In this document: positions 1 through 14,218 of the stretch, piece after piece | Layout of the letters: the number at the start of each line of letters is the position of its first letter | How positions within the stretch are numbered: position 1 is the stretch's first letter | Source of the DNA: the human T2T-CHM13v2.0 reference genome, Homo sapiens | Assembly (NCBI RefSeq): GCF_009914755.1 | Contig: NC_060927.1 | DNA: 64,000 nucleotides | Direction: 5' to 3' (one strand) | Notes under the pieces: model-generated | The model's input: the letters and a program-made list of their open reading frames with translations, nothing else | What the model was told of the DNA's origin: nothing | The model's database searches: none | Made by a program: the position numbers and the translations under genes

Positions 1-1416
1 CCAGAGCCAACTCCTTCTGCTTGCAGGGAGGTGTGGAGGGAGAGACGCCAGTGGGAACCAGGCTGCCTGCTGCACTCACAGGCCAGCGCGAGTTCTGGGT
101 GGGCGTGGGCTCGGCAAGTCCCGCACTCAGAGCGGCTGGCGCCACCGGCCCCGGGCAGTGAGGGGCTTAGCACCGGGCAAGCAGTTGCGGAGGGTACGCC
201 GGGTCCCCCAGCACTGCCGGCCCGCCCCACTGCGCTTGAATTCTCACTGGGCCTCAGCCGCCTCCCCGCGGGGCAGAGCTTGGGACCTGCAGCCTGCCAT
301 GCCCGAGCCCCTCCCCTCCGCGGGCTCCCGCACAGCCGGAGCCTCCACGGGCACCACCCCCTGCTCCACAGCACCTGGTACCATTGACTGCCCAAGAGCT
401 GAGGAGTGCAGGCTCGCAGCGCGGGACTGGCGGGCAGCTCAGCCTGCAGCCTGGGCACGGGATCCACTAGGCAAAGCCAGCTGGGCTCCTAAGTTGGGTG
501 GTGACTTGGAGAACATTTATGTCTAGCTGGAGGATCCTATATGCACCAATCAGCACTCTGTGTCTAGCTAAAGGTTTGTAAACGCACCAATCAGTGCTCT
601 GTGTCCAGCTAATCTGGTGGGGACTTGGAGAACTTTTATGTCCAGCTGGAGGATTGTAAATACAACAATCAGCACTCTGTGTCTAGCTCAAGGTCTGTAA
701 ACACACCAATCAGCACCCTGTGTCTAGCTCAAGGTTTGTAAATACACCAGTCAGTGCTCTGTGTCTAGCTAATCTAGTGGGGACTTGGAGAACCTTTATG
801 TCTAGCTAAAGGATTGAAAATACACCAATCAGCACTCTGTGTCTAGCTCAAGGTTTGTAAATGCACCAATCAGCACCCTGTCAAAATGGACCAATCAGTT
901 CTCTGTAAAATGGACCAATCAGCTCTCTGTAAAATGGACGAATCAGCAGAATGTGGGTGGGCCCAGATAAGGCAATAAAAGCAGGCTGCCCAAGACAGCA
1001 CTGGCAACCAGCTGGGGCCCCCTTCAATACGGTGGAAGGTTTGTTCTTTTGCTCTTTGCAATAAATCTTGCTGCTGCTGTTTAGGCTTTGGGTCTGCACT
1101 GCTTTTATTAGCTGTAACACTCATGGCAAAGGTCTGCAGTTTTACTTCTCAGGCCAGCAAGACCACGAACCCACCCGGAGAAATGAACAACTCCAGACGC
1201 GCCACTTTAAGAGCTGTGGCACTCAAGGAGCAGGTCTGCAGCTTCACTCCTGAGGCCAGCGAGACCACGAACCCACCAGAAGGAAGAAACTCCAAGCACA
1301 TCAGAAGGAACAAACTCCGGACACACCATCTTTAAGAACTGTAACACTTACCACAAGGGTCTGCGGCTTCATTCGTGAAGTCAGTGCAGACCAAGAACCC
1401 ACCAATTTCAGACACA
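1..1416 (+). mobile_element. LTR12 (ERV9) LTR, cut off at its 5' end by the window edge; solo or 3' LTR
   Basis: GC-rich U3, tandem ~40-bp CACCAATCAGCACTCTGTGTCTAGCT units and 24-bp AAAATGGACCAATCAG units, U5 GACCACGAACCCAC repeats, terminus ...CCAATTTCAGACACA at 1416. No primer-binding site follows. Confidence 0.95.
540..1065 (+). promoter_or_regulatory. LTR12 U3 enhancer/promoter (CCAAT array, GATA site, AATAAA TATA-equivalent) and R-region polyA signal
   Basis: Seven intact CCAAT boxes (546, 587, 706, 825, 866, 891, 915), GATAA at 966, AATAAA at 974-979 and a second AATAAA at 1060-1065; this matches the known ERV9 LTR layout. Confidence 0.75.
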
Positions 1417-1834
1417 ATACTAGGGCAGGTTAAGTTGCTGGCAGATGCATGCCTCTCCCCTCTCCTTTTGGCCTTGGCTGTGCTGAGCACACTGATACAA
1501 AACAGTCGATCTGGATGATGTTCTATGTGATGGAGCAACTGGCTGCTTTTTGTGGGAAGCTATGGCCAGCCAGGAAATGACTGCTTTGCCTTCTTCCCTG
1601 CCTCTCTTCTCTTCCTCTCTTTTTTTTTTTTTTCTCCTCTAGAATTATAACTACTCCCATTCAACCCTACTATGCAACCTTAGAGGCTCTATACAGGAAA
1701 CTTGAGCTAGGATAGTGTTAGAACCAGGATTCCAAAGCCCATGTTTTGTTCATTGTTTTTTTCTGAACCATCCTGGCTCCTGCAGAAATTCATTTATGCT
1801 GAATTTAACAGTAATTTTTAAAAAGCAGACTTGC

Positions 1835-1995
1835 ATCATGTTTACTATGTACCAGGCAGTGATCCAGGTGGTTTGCATGCATTAACTCAATCTGTCCTTA
1901 CAACAGACCTATGAAGTAACTGCTGTTCTTAGCCCCTTTTAAGCAAGGAAACTGAAGGCACAGACAGGTAAGTGACTGTAAGGGTCACCCAACAA
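1835..1995 (-). mobile_element. MIR fragment
   Basis: Reverse MIR core: GGAAACTGAAGGCACAGACAGGTAAGTGACT...GGTCAC. Confidence 0.7.
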
Positions 1996-3169
1996 TCTGA
2001 TCTAATTTGCTATTATTTCTGCCTTGATTAACTTGGGCAAAGTAACTTTAGGTGGTGCTCAACTTCCTCACCTAAAAACTGAAAATTAAAATATCTGTTT
2101 TACATGAATATGAAGTTGTCTGTGTTTAGGACTTTACAATAGATAGATTAAAATTTTAAAAACTCCTCTCTCAACATTACTAAATGTTAGAAAAACAACA
2201 TATTCTAAGTGACATCACCCAGAAGACAAAAACTAGCCCAAATGCCAAGGGCATTTAGATGAGGATTCCGAGTCAACGTCTAAGAAGATTTATTCCTGCC
2301 CCTGTAAATGACAAGGCACATTATAAAGATTTGTATTTGAAGAGAAAATATGGGAGGATTACTCCTGACTTCAAAGCCTGTTAATAAGTTTATTACGTGT
2401 AAGTCAGACTTTGTACAACCGCTGGATTGACTTAAGTCAAAGGGAAAATTCTTCTTTATAAAAGAAAGGTAGTTAATATTGCTAAAAACTGTGGTCAGAC
2501 TTCTAAAATTAACATCCTTGGATGTTAAATGAATACTCAGTTTCTTCATGGCCAAGAACGGAATATTCATGCATTCCTTTCTTTCACTTCCCTTCAAAGC
2601 AACAGGGAAGCAACCTCTGTTGGTGTGAGTTTTGGCAGTACAGAGAGTGTTTTCAATGATAACCCATGAATTTCACGTATGAGAAGAATGGATCTGGCAA
2701 ACTCACATTGTAATCTCCTCCAAACACTCTCCAGTGCTGATTAGCTTTTGAATTCTGTCACAACTGCTAGTAGACATAGCACAATTTCAATTTTTTGGCC
2801 ATCTATGTAATTACTAAAAATGTTTGTTGAGGCAGTACAGTACCATGGTAGATATGTGATTTTGAGTGAAGTAACTTGAAATATGACTCTCCTTATGGTG
2901 AAACAAGTTATTTCTGTCTTTCTGTGTCTCAGATTCCTAATGTGTAAAATGGAAGTAATATTGCGTGGCTTAGAGCTTGGGCTATACTAGATGCTAAAAT
3001 AATGTTAGTTGTTCCTATGCCCCTAGTTATTCTAAGAGCTATCAGTAAGACCCCTGCCCAAAGTCCATATATTCCTACCTGAATCATGTCCCCCCTAAGC
3101 ACAGGAACTAGCAGCAACAGTTGGATTTGGGAATGGTCTGATGTTGTCCACTATAGAAAACACTGCTAC

Positions 3170-4900
3170 AAACTTCTGGAAACAAAATGAATCAAGCTAA
3201 TACATATGCTCCATTTCTACTGAAAACACAGAATTGTTAGGTAAATTGTAATTGTTTTAAGAAAAGATTTATTCAAGGTTAACAGCAGTGGCAGCAGCAA
3301 CAAAAACAATAATGAAGAAAAAACCTACAGTGTCTAAGAATGAAGAAACTAAAGTCTGATGGGCACACTGGAACTGAAGCTGTAGGGCCCAAAGGGTTCT
3401 GGATCTCAGATAAGCATCTGAGATTACAGTTCTGTTGCCTCACATAAATTTTAGGAGATAAGATCTCAGAATCATGGGAGGCAGCAGCCTGGAAGTGACA
3501 CTCTTACAAAAAAACCCAGAGCTTCAGCGAGCTACACTGCCTATTTAAAAGGGACTAAATAACCACACCCAGCATCCCTGGGAAGAAACTACATGGAACT
3601 GTGGTTAACTACAAAATGAAAAACTGTACATAAAAATTATCCAAGATCACAATGTCTAGCTTTCAGTAATTGAGGTAGTGCTTTTATTAGATTTACCATC
3701 CCACAGATAATTACATATTCTGGAATATATATATGAAACTGCAAGGAAACCTACATTTGGAAGAAAGAAACAGCATTGTTTTTGTATAAGGGCTGGTCCC
3801 AGACCATGTCAACTTGAGTGACTAAAACTCGGATAGAAAGTCCATAGATTTCCAGCTTGAAGAAACAAAGAACAAACTTCACAGCAATCACAGCAGCTGA
3901 AAAGTGAGGCCAGAAATCCTAGAAAGGAGAGAGCCACAGAGAGGGAGACAGCCCCAAATTTTGCATAGGCTGACGCTTGAACTACATAGGCATGGGATAC
4001 ATTCCAATGCAACTCAGCTAGTACTAAAATGACTTTAACAGATATTTCTGCTACTGCCCACCACAGGACAGATGGGGTTTGGTGTTTGAGTCCAAGCAAG
4101 TTAAATGACTGGAAAACAAAACTAAACTCAACAAAAAATCCCAACTCTGGAAAGAAGTATAAAGGAATTCAGAGTCTCTACAACATGTCAGTCACAATGT
4201 CACCTAAAACTACTACACATAGAAGAAACGGAAAGATGTGCTCCATTGTGAAGAGTAGAGACCAATCCTGACATGTTGAAATTAGCTGAGAAGGATTATT
4301 TAAAGTGACTATTATAATAATGCTCAAGGATGTAAAGGAAAATATGGTTTTAGTGAACGAATAAGTAGAAAATCTCACCAGAGAAAAGAAAAAATTTGCA
4401 GGATGGGCTTAACAGCAGAATAGCAATGACAGAAGAAAGGGTCAATAAACCTGAAGACAACAATAGAAATTATCCAATCTGAAGGACAGACAGAGGGGAA
4501 AAAAGATTTTTAAAGAAATGAACAGAGCCTTAGTATTGTATGTGATAATACTTTAAAAATCTAACAAGCATATAATTTGAATCCCAGAAAGATAGGGTAA
4601 AGAGAAAATGGGGCAGAAAAAAAAATGTGTAAAGAAATAATGATAAAAAATTCATTAAATTTGGTGAAAGAAATAAATTTACAGGTTGAAGAAGTTCAGC
4701 GGATCCCAAACAGGAATAAATGCAAAGAAAATTACACCGAGGTACATTAAAGTCAAGCTGCTGTCATGTAAAGAAAAAAGACAATTTTGAAAGCAGCCAG
4801 AGAAAAATAGCTTGTGTTCAGGAGAACCACACTAATGACGATAAACTTCTCATTAGAAATAAATGGAGGCTATAAGATTGAAACAACATCCTAAAGCTTA
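3170..4900 (+). mobile_element. Old L1M 5' region and degenerate ORF1 relic (L1M/HAL1-like)
   Basis: A-rich. ORF1-like motifs at 4420-4890: AATAGAAATTATCCAATCTGAA, AATGAACAGAGCCT, TTTTGAAAGCAGCCAGAGAAAA. The 5' boundary is uncertain. Confidence 0.6.
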
Positions 4901-4949
4901 ATTAATGTGGTTGAATTAGTAAACAAAGGTTGCTTTTCCTCAAAGGAAA

Positions 4950-6530
<1,581 letters not shown>

Positions 6531-7624
6531 TGTGGTCTCTATCATACAAATCTGACATTTTTTCTGGCTAAACCGAAGTTATCTATTTGCAGCTCTTTCC
6601 CTCTTGCTGAGCTGTAAGCTCTTTGAGAACTCAGAATGACAATAAATGAAACTTGTGGCCAGACTTCCCAGTTACATCTCCATGGCAAACATTAATCTGT
6701 GATCACAGCCTACTTTCTCTGAGCCTGCACAGACCTCCTAGTTCTTCTTACCCCACACTTCAGAGGCTTTAATATCTTGCCATCTCTGAAAGAAATCAAA
6801 TCTGATCTCTCTCATATCTTTAGTATTTGTTGAGAAGAAATGAATTAAATGAGGGAAATGAATTACATAACCAGTGGGCAGTATTTTACTATATGTGTGT
6901 ATGTGTCTTAGAAAGAATAGAAATTAATGCAACTCAATTCAATTCAAAACCTGTATGGTGCACATATTTGGTGGCAGACACTGAGTAAGAACTGAGCATA
7001 CAACTTTTAGACTGAAGAAACCAATGAATACAAAACCTGGTCTGTAATGCCTGGCACACATGATGATCTAGGCATTCATTTGGTCCAACCTCTTCAATGC
7101 ACTGAGAAGACAGAGGCTCAGAAGCATACAGACAAAGGATTGATGAGACTAGAACTCACACCTCTGTTGCACTCTGCTTGCCCATACAAGCCTGTTTCAG
7201 GGGTGGATTATTTCTTTATAATGCAGCTTTGAACCATGTCTGAAATGTGTAAGAAAGACAACCAGATGGGCTGGATAAACTGCTTTTGTCTGAGCTGCAG
7301 CCAGACTCTGCTCAGTGGGTGTGGACAGGCTGCCAGCCTCACTGAGAAAGAACTAGTTTGGTCTTTGTTCAACCGCTGCTCCTATGCATAGTACTAAGGA
7401 ACAGAGATATTCTCAGGACACCTGAATCCTGTGACGACATTCCCAAGGGTCAGAAGCACATGGGTTGCATCAATACTAACAAGAAATGGCAAGTTAAAAG
7501 GCAGGCTGCCAAACTTTGACGAACTGGAAAGAGAGTCGGTGTGCACCAGCCAGACTGATAAGCCACCTTGCTTTCCAGTGCAGCCGCTTTGCAGGGCTTC
7601 TTAAGCAGCTTCTCAGGATGACAG

Positions 7625-7700
7625 TAGTTCACTCAATGGATATTTATTGAACACCTTCTATGTGCTGAGCACCATGCTAGGCACTGAGAATATAAAATAA
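7625..7700 (-). mobile_element. L2 3' end
   Basis: TATTTATTGAACACCTTCTATGTGCTGAGCACCATGCTAGGCACTG is the reverse of the L2 tail. Confidence 0.7.
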
Positions 7701-8029
7701 CCTCATGCATTTCACTTTACCATGACAAGGGAGGCTTTAAGGGCAGAATCTCTCAATGTCCCTCACCTTATTTGTGATTTTGACTCCTTTCCCACCAAAA
7801 CATTGGAAGAAGACCCCTCCTCTGCCTCTCCTGTCTCCCACCTTTGCTTGTTTCCAACCGTCCTCTCATTATTTCATCAGTCAACTCCCTCATCAACTTC
7901 TCCTGATCCTGTGACTTTCCCCTATTACCACTTAAAACATTCTCAAGTATCTCAATTACACATATGTTCCCTTCTACCGCTTCTCTCTCCCTGTGATTCA
8001 TAGTTGAGGTTTTTGTATTACGTTTCCCT

Positions 8030-8410
8030 GCTCAGCTGGACTGAACCAAACATGCTCCATGCTCTCCAAACTCAGCCTTTCAATAGGCTGCTCCGTCTGC
8101 AGCTTTGCGTTCCTCCAACCCCATCTTTGCCTGATTGATTCCTATCATCCATTGGGACTCATATCAGGTGTCACCTCTTCCAGAAAGCCTCCCCTGACAG
8201 CCCAGGCTGGTTTAGGTGCCTTTTCTCTCAGTGTTTCTATGGCATCCAAGTGAGTTCATTGAGTACACTCCTTTCCACTTGGTCTCTGACTCCTCTGGAA
8301 GACTGAGTTTTCTGAAGGGAGAGGCTGTCTCTAAATCCTGAGTCACTGGTGTCTATTGGGTTCTCAGTCACTGTTTCTGAATGAATCAAATGGGAATGAA
8401 TGAATATGAA
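8030..8410 (+). mobile_element. L2 3' fragment
   Basis: GTCACCTCTTCCAGAAAGCCTCCCCTGAC followed by a TGAATGAA-type tail. Confidence 0.7.
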
Positions 8411-8454
8411 TAAGACTTAGAACTGCTCACAGTTTGGGCAGCACAAGGAACATG

Positions 8455-8620
8455 TGTGTAATGCTTTCTGGGTTACAAAGCATTCTGTACACATATCTCT
8501 TAATTTTCCTAATAATCCTACAGGGGAAACTATTATTTTTAACCTTCTTTTCATTGAAGAAGCAATAACTCAAAGTGATTAAGGTCATACTGTGAAACTG
8601 TTGGTCTGAGACTCAGTCCT
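8455..8620 (-). mobile_element. MIR fragment
   Basis: TTACAAAGCATT...TAATAATCCTACAGG...AAGGTCATAC. Confidence 0.55.
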
Positions 8621-9349
8621 GACCCCTCAACTTCATGTTCCCTGCTTTTTCCATCTCCTGTAAGTTACTGCCTTCATATTCAGATGTATACAATTCTCCA
8701 TAAACTATCCTCATCAAAATCTCATATCTGGAAACCAGTCTTCTCACCTTGTGTCTAACCAAACTACTTATTAGAATTGAAGATAAGTCAATTCTGGCTA
8801 ATTTTAACAAAAGAAGTAAAGCTAGAAAAGGAAATAATACAACCAGAACAATAGAGATAACACTTCCATTTTTCTCCAGTGTGATGGATGAACATAAATA
8901 TTAGTGATATTACATCCTTCTTCCAAGTGGCAAAACATCTCAAATGTAGGGCTTATGACAAAATGACCAGAGATTTGCCCTGTGACTCGCTCCTTATTAA
9001 AACCAGGAAATCTCCATCCTATCTGGTGAGACAGCTGTGCAGGCAACTTTTATCCAAGGTCACCCTTGAGACTCAGCTACTACTATATCTCCAACAAGGT
9101 GTTAACTCGCCACCAGCTCCTTCTAGACCTCACACCCTGTTCATCCAACTGAGAGCATGCAGTCCATCTCTGACTCTTCATTTGCCCAAAAATCTCTGCT
9201 TGTATGTCCTTCTTTTGCAGTCATCTGGAGAAATTCAATCCTGGGCCACACGAACTATCTGCCTTCTTGGCACTTACCCCAAGGCTTCTAAACAGGGGCT
9301 GCAGAAACAGCACTCAACTACATAGACTGGTATTTATGGGGCTTTCCAG

Positions 9350-10250
9350 CTATGTCTCTCACCCCCTTTTCAAAGTCAACTTCCTAAGAAAGTTGTCTAC
9401 TTCCTCCTTCTAGTTCATCCCTCCTCCTTCTTTAACTTGCTGCCACTGGCCTCCATTTGTACACTCCACCAAACAGCTCTCTCCAAAGTTCATAACCACC
9501 TGCATATTCCAGAATACGAAGGACACTTCCCCATTCTTATCTCACTTAATCTTTCTGTTGCACAACCCTTGACTGCATCCTTCTTGAGGGTCTCTTTCCT
9601 CAGCTTACATGTTCTCACACTCCTCTAGTTTTCCTCCTCCCTCTCTGCCAACTGAGATGAAGTCTTCTTTGATGCTGTTCTTCTTGTGCTCAAAATTTAC
9701 ATGCTAATATTATTCAGGGTCCCAGGATTATTCTTTCTCACTCTTCTCAGGGTGATCTCATCCACTCTAATGGTTAAAATACATGCTGATGTTTCCTTTA
9801 CTCAGGGATACCACTAGTGAATACATTCCTTTCCTCTTGGCTTCTGTCTCCCCTAAAAGACTGGGAGCTCCCTGAAGAGAGAGGCCATCTCTGTATTGCC
9901 CATCACTAGCATCTACTGGGCTCTCAGTAACTGTTTCCAACTGCGATCCTTGTCCTGATCTTCAGACCTATCTATCCAGCTGCCTAGGAACTTCCCCACT
10001 GGGTGATCCCATAGAGCATCTCAATATGCTCAAAACAGAATTCATCATCTTCTAACCACAAAACACTCCCTCTTCCTATGTTTTCTTCTTGAAGAAAATT
10101 GGAAACATCATCTACCCAGCTGCATAAACCAGAATCCTGGAACTCATCCTTAGCAATTCTCTTTCCTAACTCTCTATATCCAATCAATTAATAAATCCAG
10201 CCAAATTCTAAATATCTCTCCCATCTGACCACTGTATTTTAACTCCATAA
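9350..10250 (+). mobile_element. L2 fragment containing an inserted ~120-bp L2-tail copy at 9818-9937
   Basis: ACAGCTCTCTCCAAAGTTCA, GGTGATCTCATCCAC, CATCTCAATATGCTCAAAACAGAATTCATC, CCAGAATCCTGGAACTCATCCTT. Confidence 0.75.
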
Positions 10251-11004
10251 CCATGATATGTTTGAAGAAATGAAAAAGGTGCAGTGTACCTGGACATAGA
10301 GTACAAGGCAGGTGATGTTAAGGCATTTAGACTTTACCTTTCCACCCCCTTCTGCCAGAGTGGTCTTGATGCTGTGGTCCTAGAGCTAAAAAGTCTTCAG
10401 TAAAAATAAGTTTGGGCTGCCCCAAATATGATTTTGTAGGATAAGTAACATCACTTTTACTTGGTTATTTTTAATTACCCAGCTAAACTATGGTATTCTA
10501 TCACAAATTTATATTCTGCTAAACAGAAAACCAGCTCTCTATAAAGTTGCTACAGGGAACAATGATTTCCAGATGAGTTTCAGCTGTGTAAAGTAATGCC
10601 TTAATGGGACCACCAGAATTCTGTCTGTCACATTTAAGAAGCAATGCAATATTTAAGGTAAACAAGCTAAACTGGATGTGTGTCGACGGTGAGGTTCGGG
10701 GGGAAGAAAGGATGGAAGGGGTAATGAAGAACATGCCAGGCTTAAGAATGCATAGGCATAGTTGACAGATTATTGATTCACCATTAAAATGGCATTAATA
10801 TAAAGTGAATAAAAACATACGATGTAATCAGGATGTGCCTTAAGTTAGTAGCTGTTAAAAAGTCATTGTTATGGTACTTACATCTGCCCAAAACTATAAA
10901 TAGTGGCAAAATTCATTAAAGAAATGTTAATACAGAGGAACTAAAGCATACACAGTAGAAAGAGAAGGGAACAACGTGCTAGCAAAAATCTGCAAAGACA
11001 ACTC

Positions 11005-11092
11005 CGTCAATACACTAAAAATCTTGAATTGTTCACTTTCAGTGGGTGAATTTCATGGTTTATAAATTATATCCCAATAAAGATTTTTTTAA
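11005..11092 (+). mobile_element. L1M 3'-terminal fragment
   Basis: TGAATTGTTCACTTT...GGGTGAATTT...TAAATTATATCCCAATAAAG. Confidence 0.7.
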
Positions 11093-12269
11093 AATCAGCA
11101 ATGGCATAGGAATAATGACCTGAGTTGTAAAAATCAATCAATATTCAAAGAAAGGGCAGGTAATTTTCCTTGATCCCATGGCAGAAAAACCAGAGGCAAA
11201 AACCATTTTTACATTTCTTATAACAAAAATAGACAAATTGCCTATACTAAAAAGAAAAGGGGAAAAGACATTGTCAAAACACTTAAAGAAAGCAATCTAC
11301 CGACGTCTACATTGAATATTACTTTAATTCCACTGTTTTCTTCTGAAGACTCTGCTCAGTGAGATAATTATGTTTTCACAAACACAGAAATCATACTGGG
11401 AACTATTATCGTCTTTAAAAAACTACAAAAGTATGTGTCACAAAGAAAACTATTGTAAGTTCAGAGAAAGTATGGAAGGCTCAATAACTAGAAAAAACAA
11501 TCAGATAAAGAAAAGAGAAATTCTGGGTCAGTGATCATTTCCTTTTTAAGACAGGGTTCCAAAAAAATGTAGAAAAGATGGACACAAAGCAGGAATACCC
11601 AGCTCCTCAAAGGCACACACACACTCATGCTGGGCAATTGTTGGAAAAGACACGGGATGCAAAATTTTTAGTCTCTATTAGAGAAACAAGTTAGCTCATG
11701 TGAAAACAGAGTCCTTTTGAAATCACTTTCCGGATTTCACTTTCAGAAAGATAGATGCCAAAAGTGGAAGGCATGTATATGCTCAGAATTTGATCTGCCA
11801 GAATAAAAATTGATTATACCTGCCTTTGATATCATTCAGTTCTAGTTACCCAAGAAAAAGTTTCAGCTGATAAAGAAACGAAACAAAACAAAATGAAAAC
11901 CTGCCCTTTGATTTCCATCTTCAGAGATACCTCGCTCAAACACAGGAACTAAATGTAAATCACTTGGTCTTAAAAGTCAGAACATGTTCAATTCACTGAT
12001 TCAGCACATGGCTTTTACTTAATTAAAGCTGGTCTGAAACCAGCTTTGTTTCCTTATAGCTACCCAATATAAGAAATAGCCAATGAGCATGTGGACAGAA
12101 AGGGCACTGGCCCTGGAGTCAAAAGTTTTAGATCTTAGCTCAACTCTGGGGACTCTCAAATAAACCAATTAAATCTCCTCTGAAATTAAAGAGCTGGCTT
12201 TTAATCTTTCCATCTCTACCTTAACATGCCAGGCATGTGGTAGATGTTCAATAAATGCTTCCTGGATTA

Positions 12270-12460
12270 TTACTACTAATAGCTAATAGTTAGCAAACCC
12301 TTATTAAGTATGTACATTATATTAATCATCACAATAACCCTATAGTGTAAATTTTCATATTATTTGCATGTCATAACTTCAGAAACTGAGGTTTAGAGGG
12401 ATTGGTCATGTGCTCACGTGACTCAGCTGGTGGGTGGCAGAAAGATGACCGCAGGGCCCA
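12270..12460 (-). mobile_element. MIR
   Basis: TAATCATCACAATAACCCTAT...GAAACTGAGGTTTAGAG. Confidence 0.65.
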
Positions 12461-12627
12461 ATTTCTTAATCAATGTGCACTGCCCCCTATCTGAACTTAA
12501 CTGGACACTGGCCAAAGTAATCATAGTGATCAATGAACAAATGTTGCTCCTCCATTTAATCTCTGTTTTATTGCTCACCTTTCCCCACCATCTGTCTCTC
12601 TGGGACTGTCGACAATTAAAACCTAGA

Positions 12628-12790
12628 GATCCTTGCTACTGAGAGTGTGGTCCATGGACTAGCCTCGTAGGCATCATCCAGGAGCTTGTTGGAAATGCAA
12701 AACCTTGGCCACACTCTGGAAACAGAATCTGCATTTTAACAAAACATCCAAGTGAGCCATATGCATATCAGCTTCCGAGACACTGGTTTA
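12628..12790. mobile_element. MER5A-type hAT-Charlie MITE
   Basis: AGTGTGGTCCATGGAC...GGAGCTTGTTGGAAATGCA...AGAATCTGCATTTTAACAA. Confidence 0.75.
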
Positions 12791-13439
12791 GACTAGATCC
12801 AAAGTAAAACACTTCCTTCATGATAGGAGGAAAGAATGTCCAAGAAGGAAAATATGACAGAAGCGTTGTGCCCAGAGAGAACAAAACCAGCTGGCTTTGG
12901 CTGTATCAGGACCTTCCTTCTCCTGGATAGTGACATATGGATATTTGTAAGTCAGGACCTATGAAGATCCCCAGAGAACTGGTGACAGAAGCAATAACTG
13001 AATCTATAGGGAGTGTATCTATCATTCTACTTCTCTCTGAAATTTCCAAACCTGTCTTTAGAAGCATGTATCATGTAGCAAATAAAAATACATTAAGTCT
13101 TTGGCAAATACAGAATCACTCATCAGGCAAAGTAGAGCTGCCCTGTGGATTGATAAAACTCAACATGTGTATGATATTACCACCTTCCTTCACAATCCAG
13201 CAGTTGCTTCTTGTCAAGGCCACTTTTTCCTTTTAAATATTAACACAATTTTTTTTTTTAGCACATATACAACACTAAGGCTAACAAACGAGCTTAAACT
13301 GGATTTAAATGAGTTTTTTTCAGTAAGGTTTATGGTTTTCTTTTTAAGCGGTATGCCTTATTCAGGCAGAAGGTCCTGCATTTTTGGCTGAGAGGTGCAG
13401 GACAGTAGCTGTCCTCTCACAAGAGAGTTCATTTTGCTC

Positions 13440-14218
13440 AATAACTCCACCTATAAAAGTCATGCAAATAATGGAATGAAGTTATATTTTGATGATATCC
13501 AGATACTGAAGATACTAATTACTGAAGATACTAATTTTTTTCCTTTTCATTCAAGAAAGATAATTTTACACTTATTCTTTGAAAGAGAAATTCTATGGAA
13601 TTTTCTTCTTCTAATTTAATTCCAGAATACATTCTCTCAACCCTATGCCCTCATACTAGTAACTTGATGGTTAGCGGGTAAGTAGGTAGTAGTAGAAGAA
13701 CAGAAAGGGAAATTTGGGGAGCAGAAAAGGGAGAAAAAGAAGAAAAGGGAACCTTCTAGTTTCCTAATAGAAAAGCTAGAGAATTCCATTCCTGAAAATT
13801 AAAGATATTTTACACGTTTGTGTATGTACGTGGCTTTGTGTTTATACACATACCGTTTTGTTTCATGTAGCATAATCAAATCTATTGCTAATTGTTTAGT
13901 TAATATTTACTTATTCAAACATCTTTTTAACATCTTGCCCAATATTCAATCTACATTTTACTTAGCAATTAGCTTGTCTGGCCACTTGCTGTTTTACTTC
14001 TTTTCTTAACAAAAACCCAACACTGATGTTCTAACAGAACAGTCTTACTGTCCTTTCGGTTATTGTCATTTCTCTTGCTTCCCCAAGGGCAGAAGCTCTG
14101 CTATTTTGCTTGCAAAAGCAAGACTGATATTTCATTGTTGCTACAAAAGGGTCAAGATAGAGTTATCGAACCCTAATAACTCCACCTATAATAGTCATGC
14201 AAATAATGAAAGGAGGTT
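13440..14218 (+). repeat. Pair of 44-bp direct repeats (13440-13483 and 14175-14218), each with the octamer ATGCAAAT
   Basis: AATAACTCCACCTATAA[A/T]AGTCATGCAAATAATG...; 40/44 identical by manual alignment. Confidence 0.9.

Noticed and set aside
31-1538. ORFs of 60-122 aa at the left edge
   Set aside because: They lie in or overlap the GC-rich LTR12 and show no gag/pol/env similarity.
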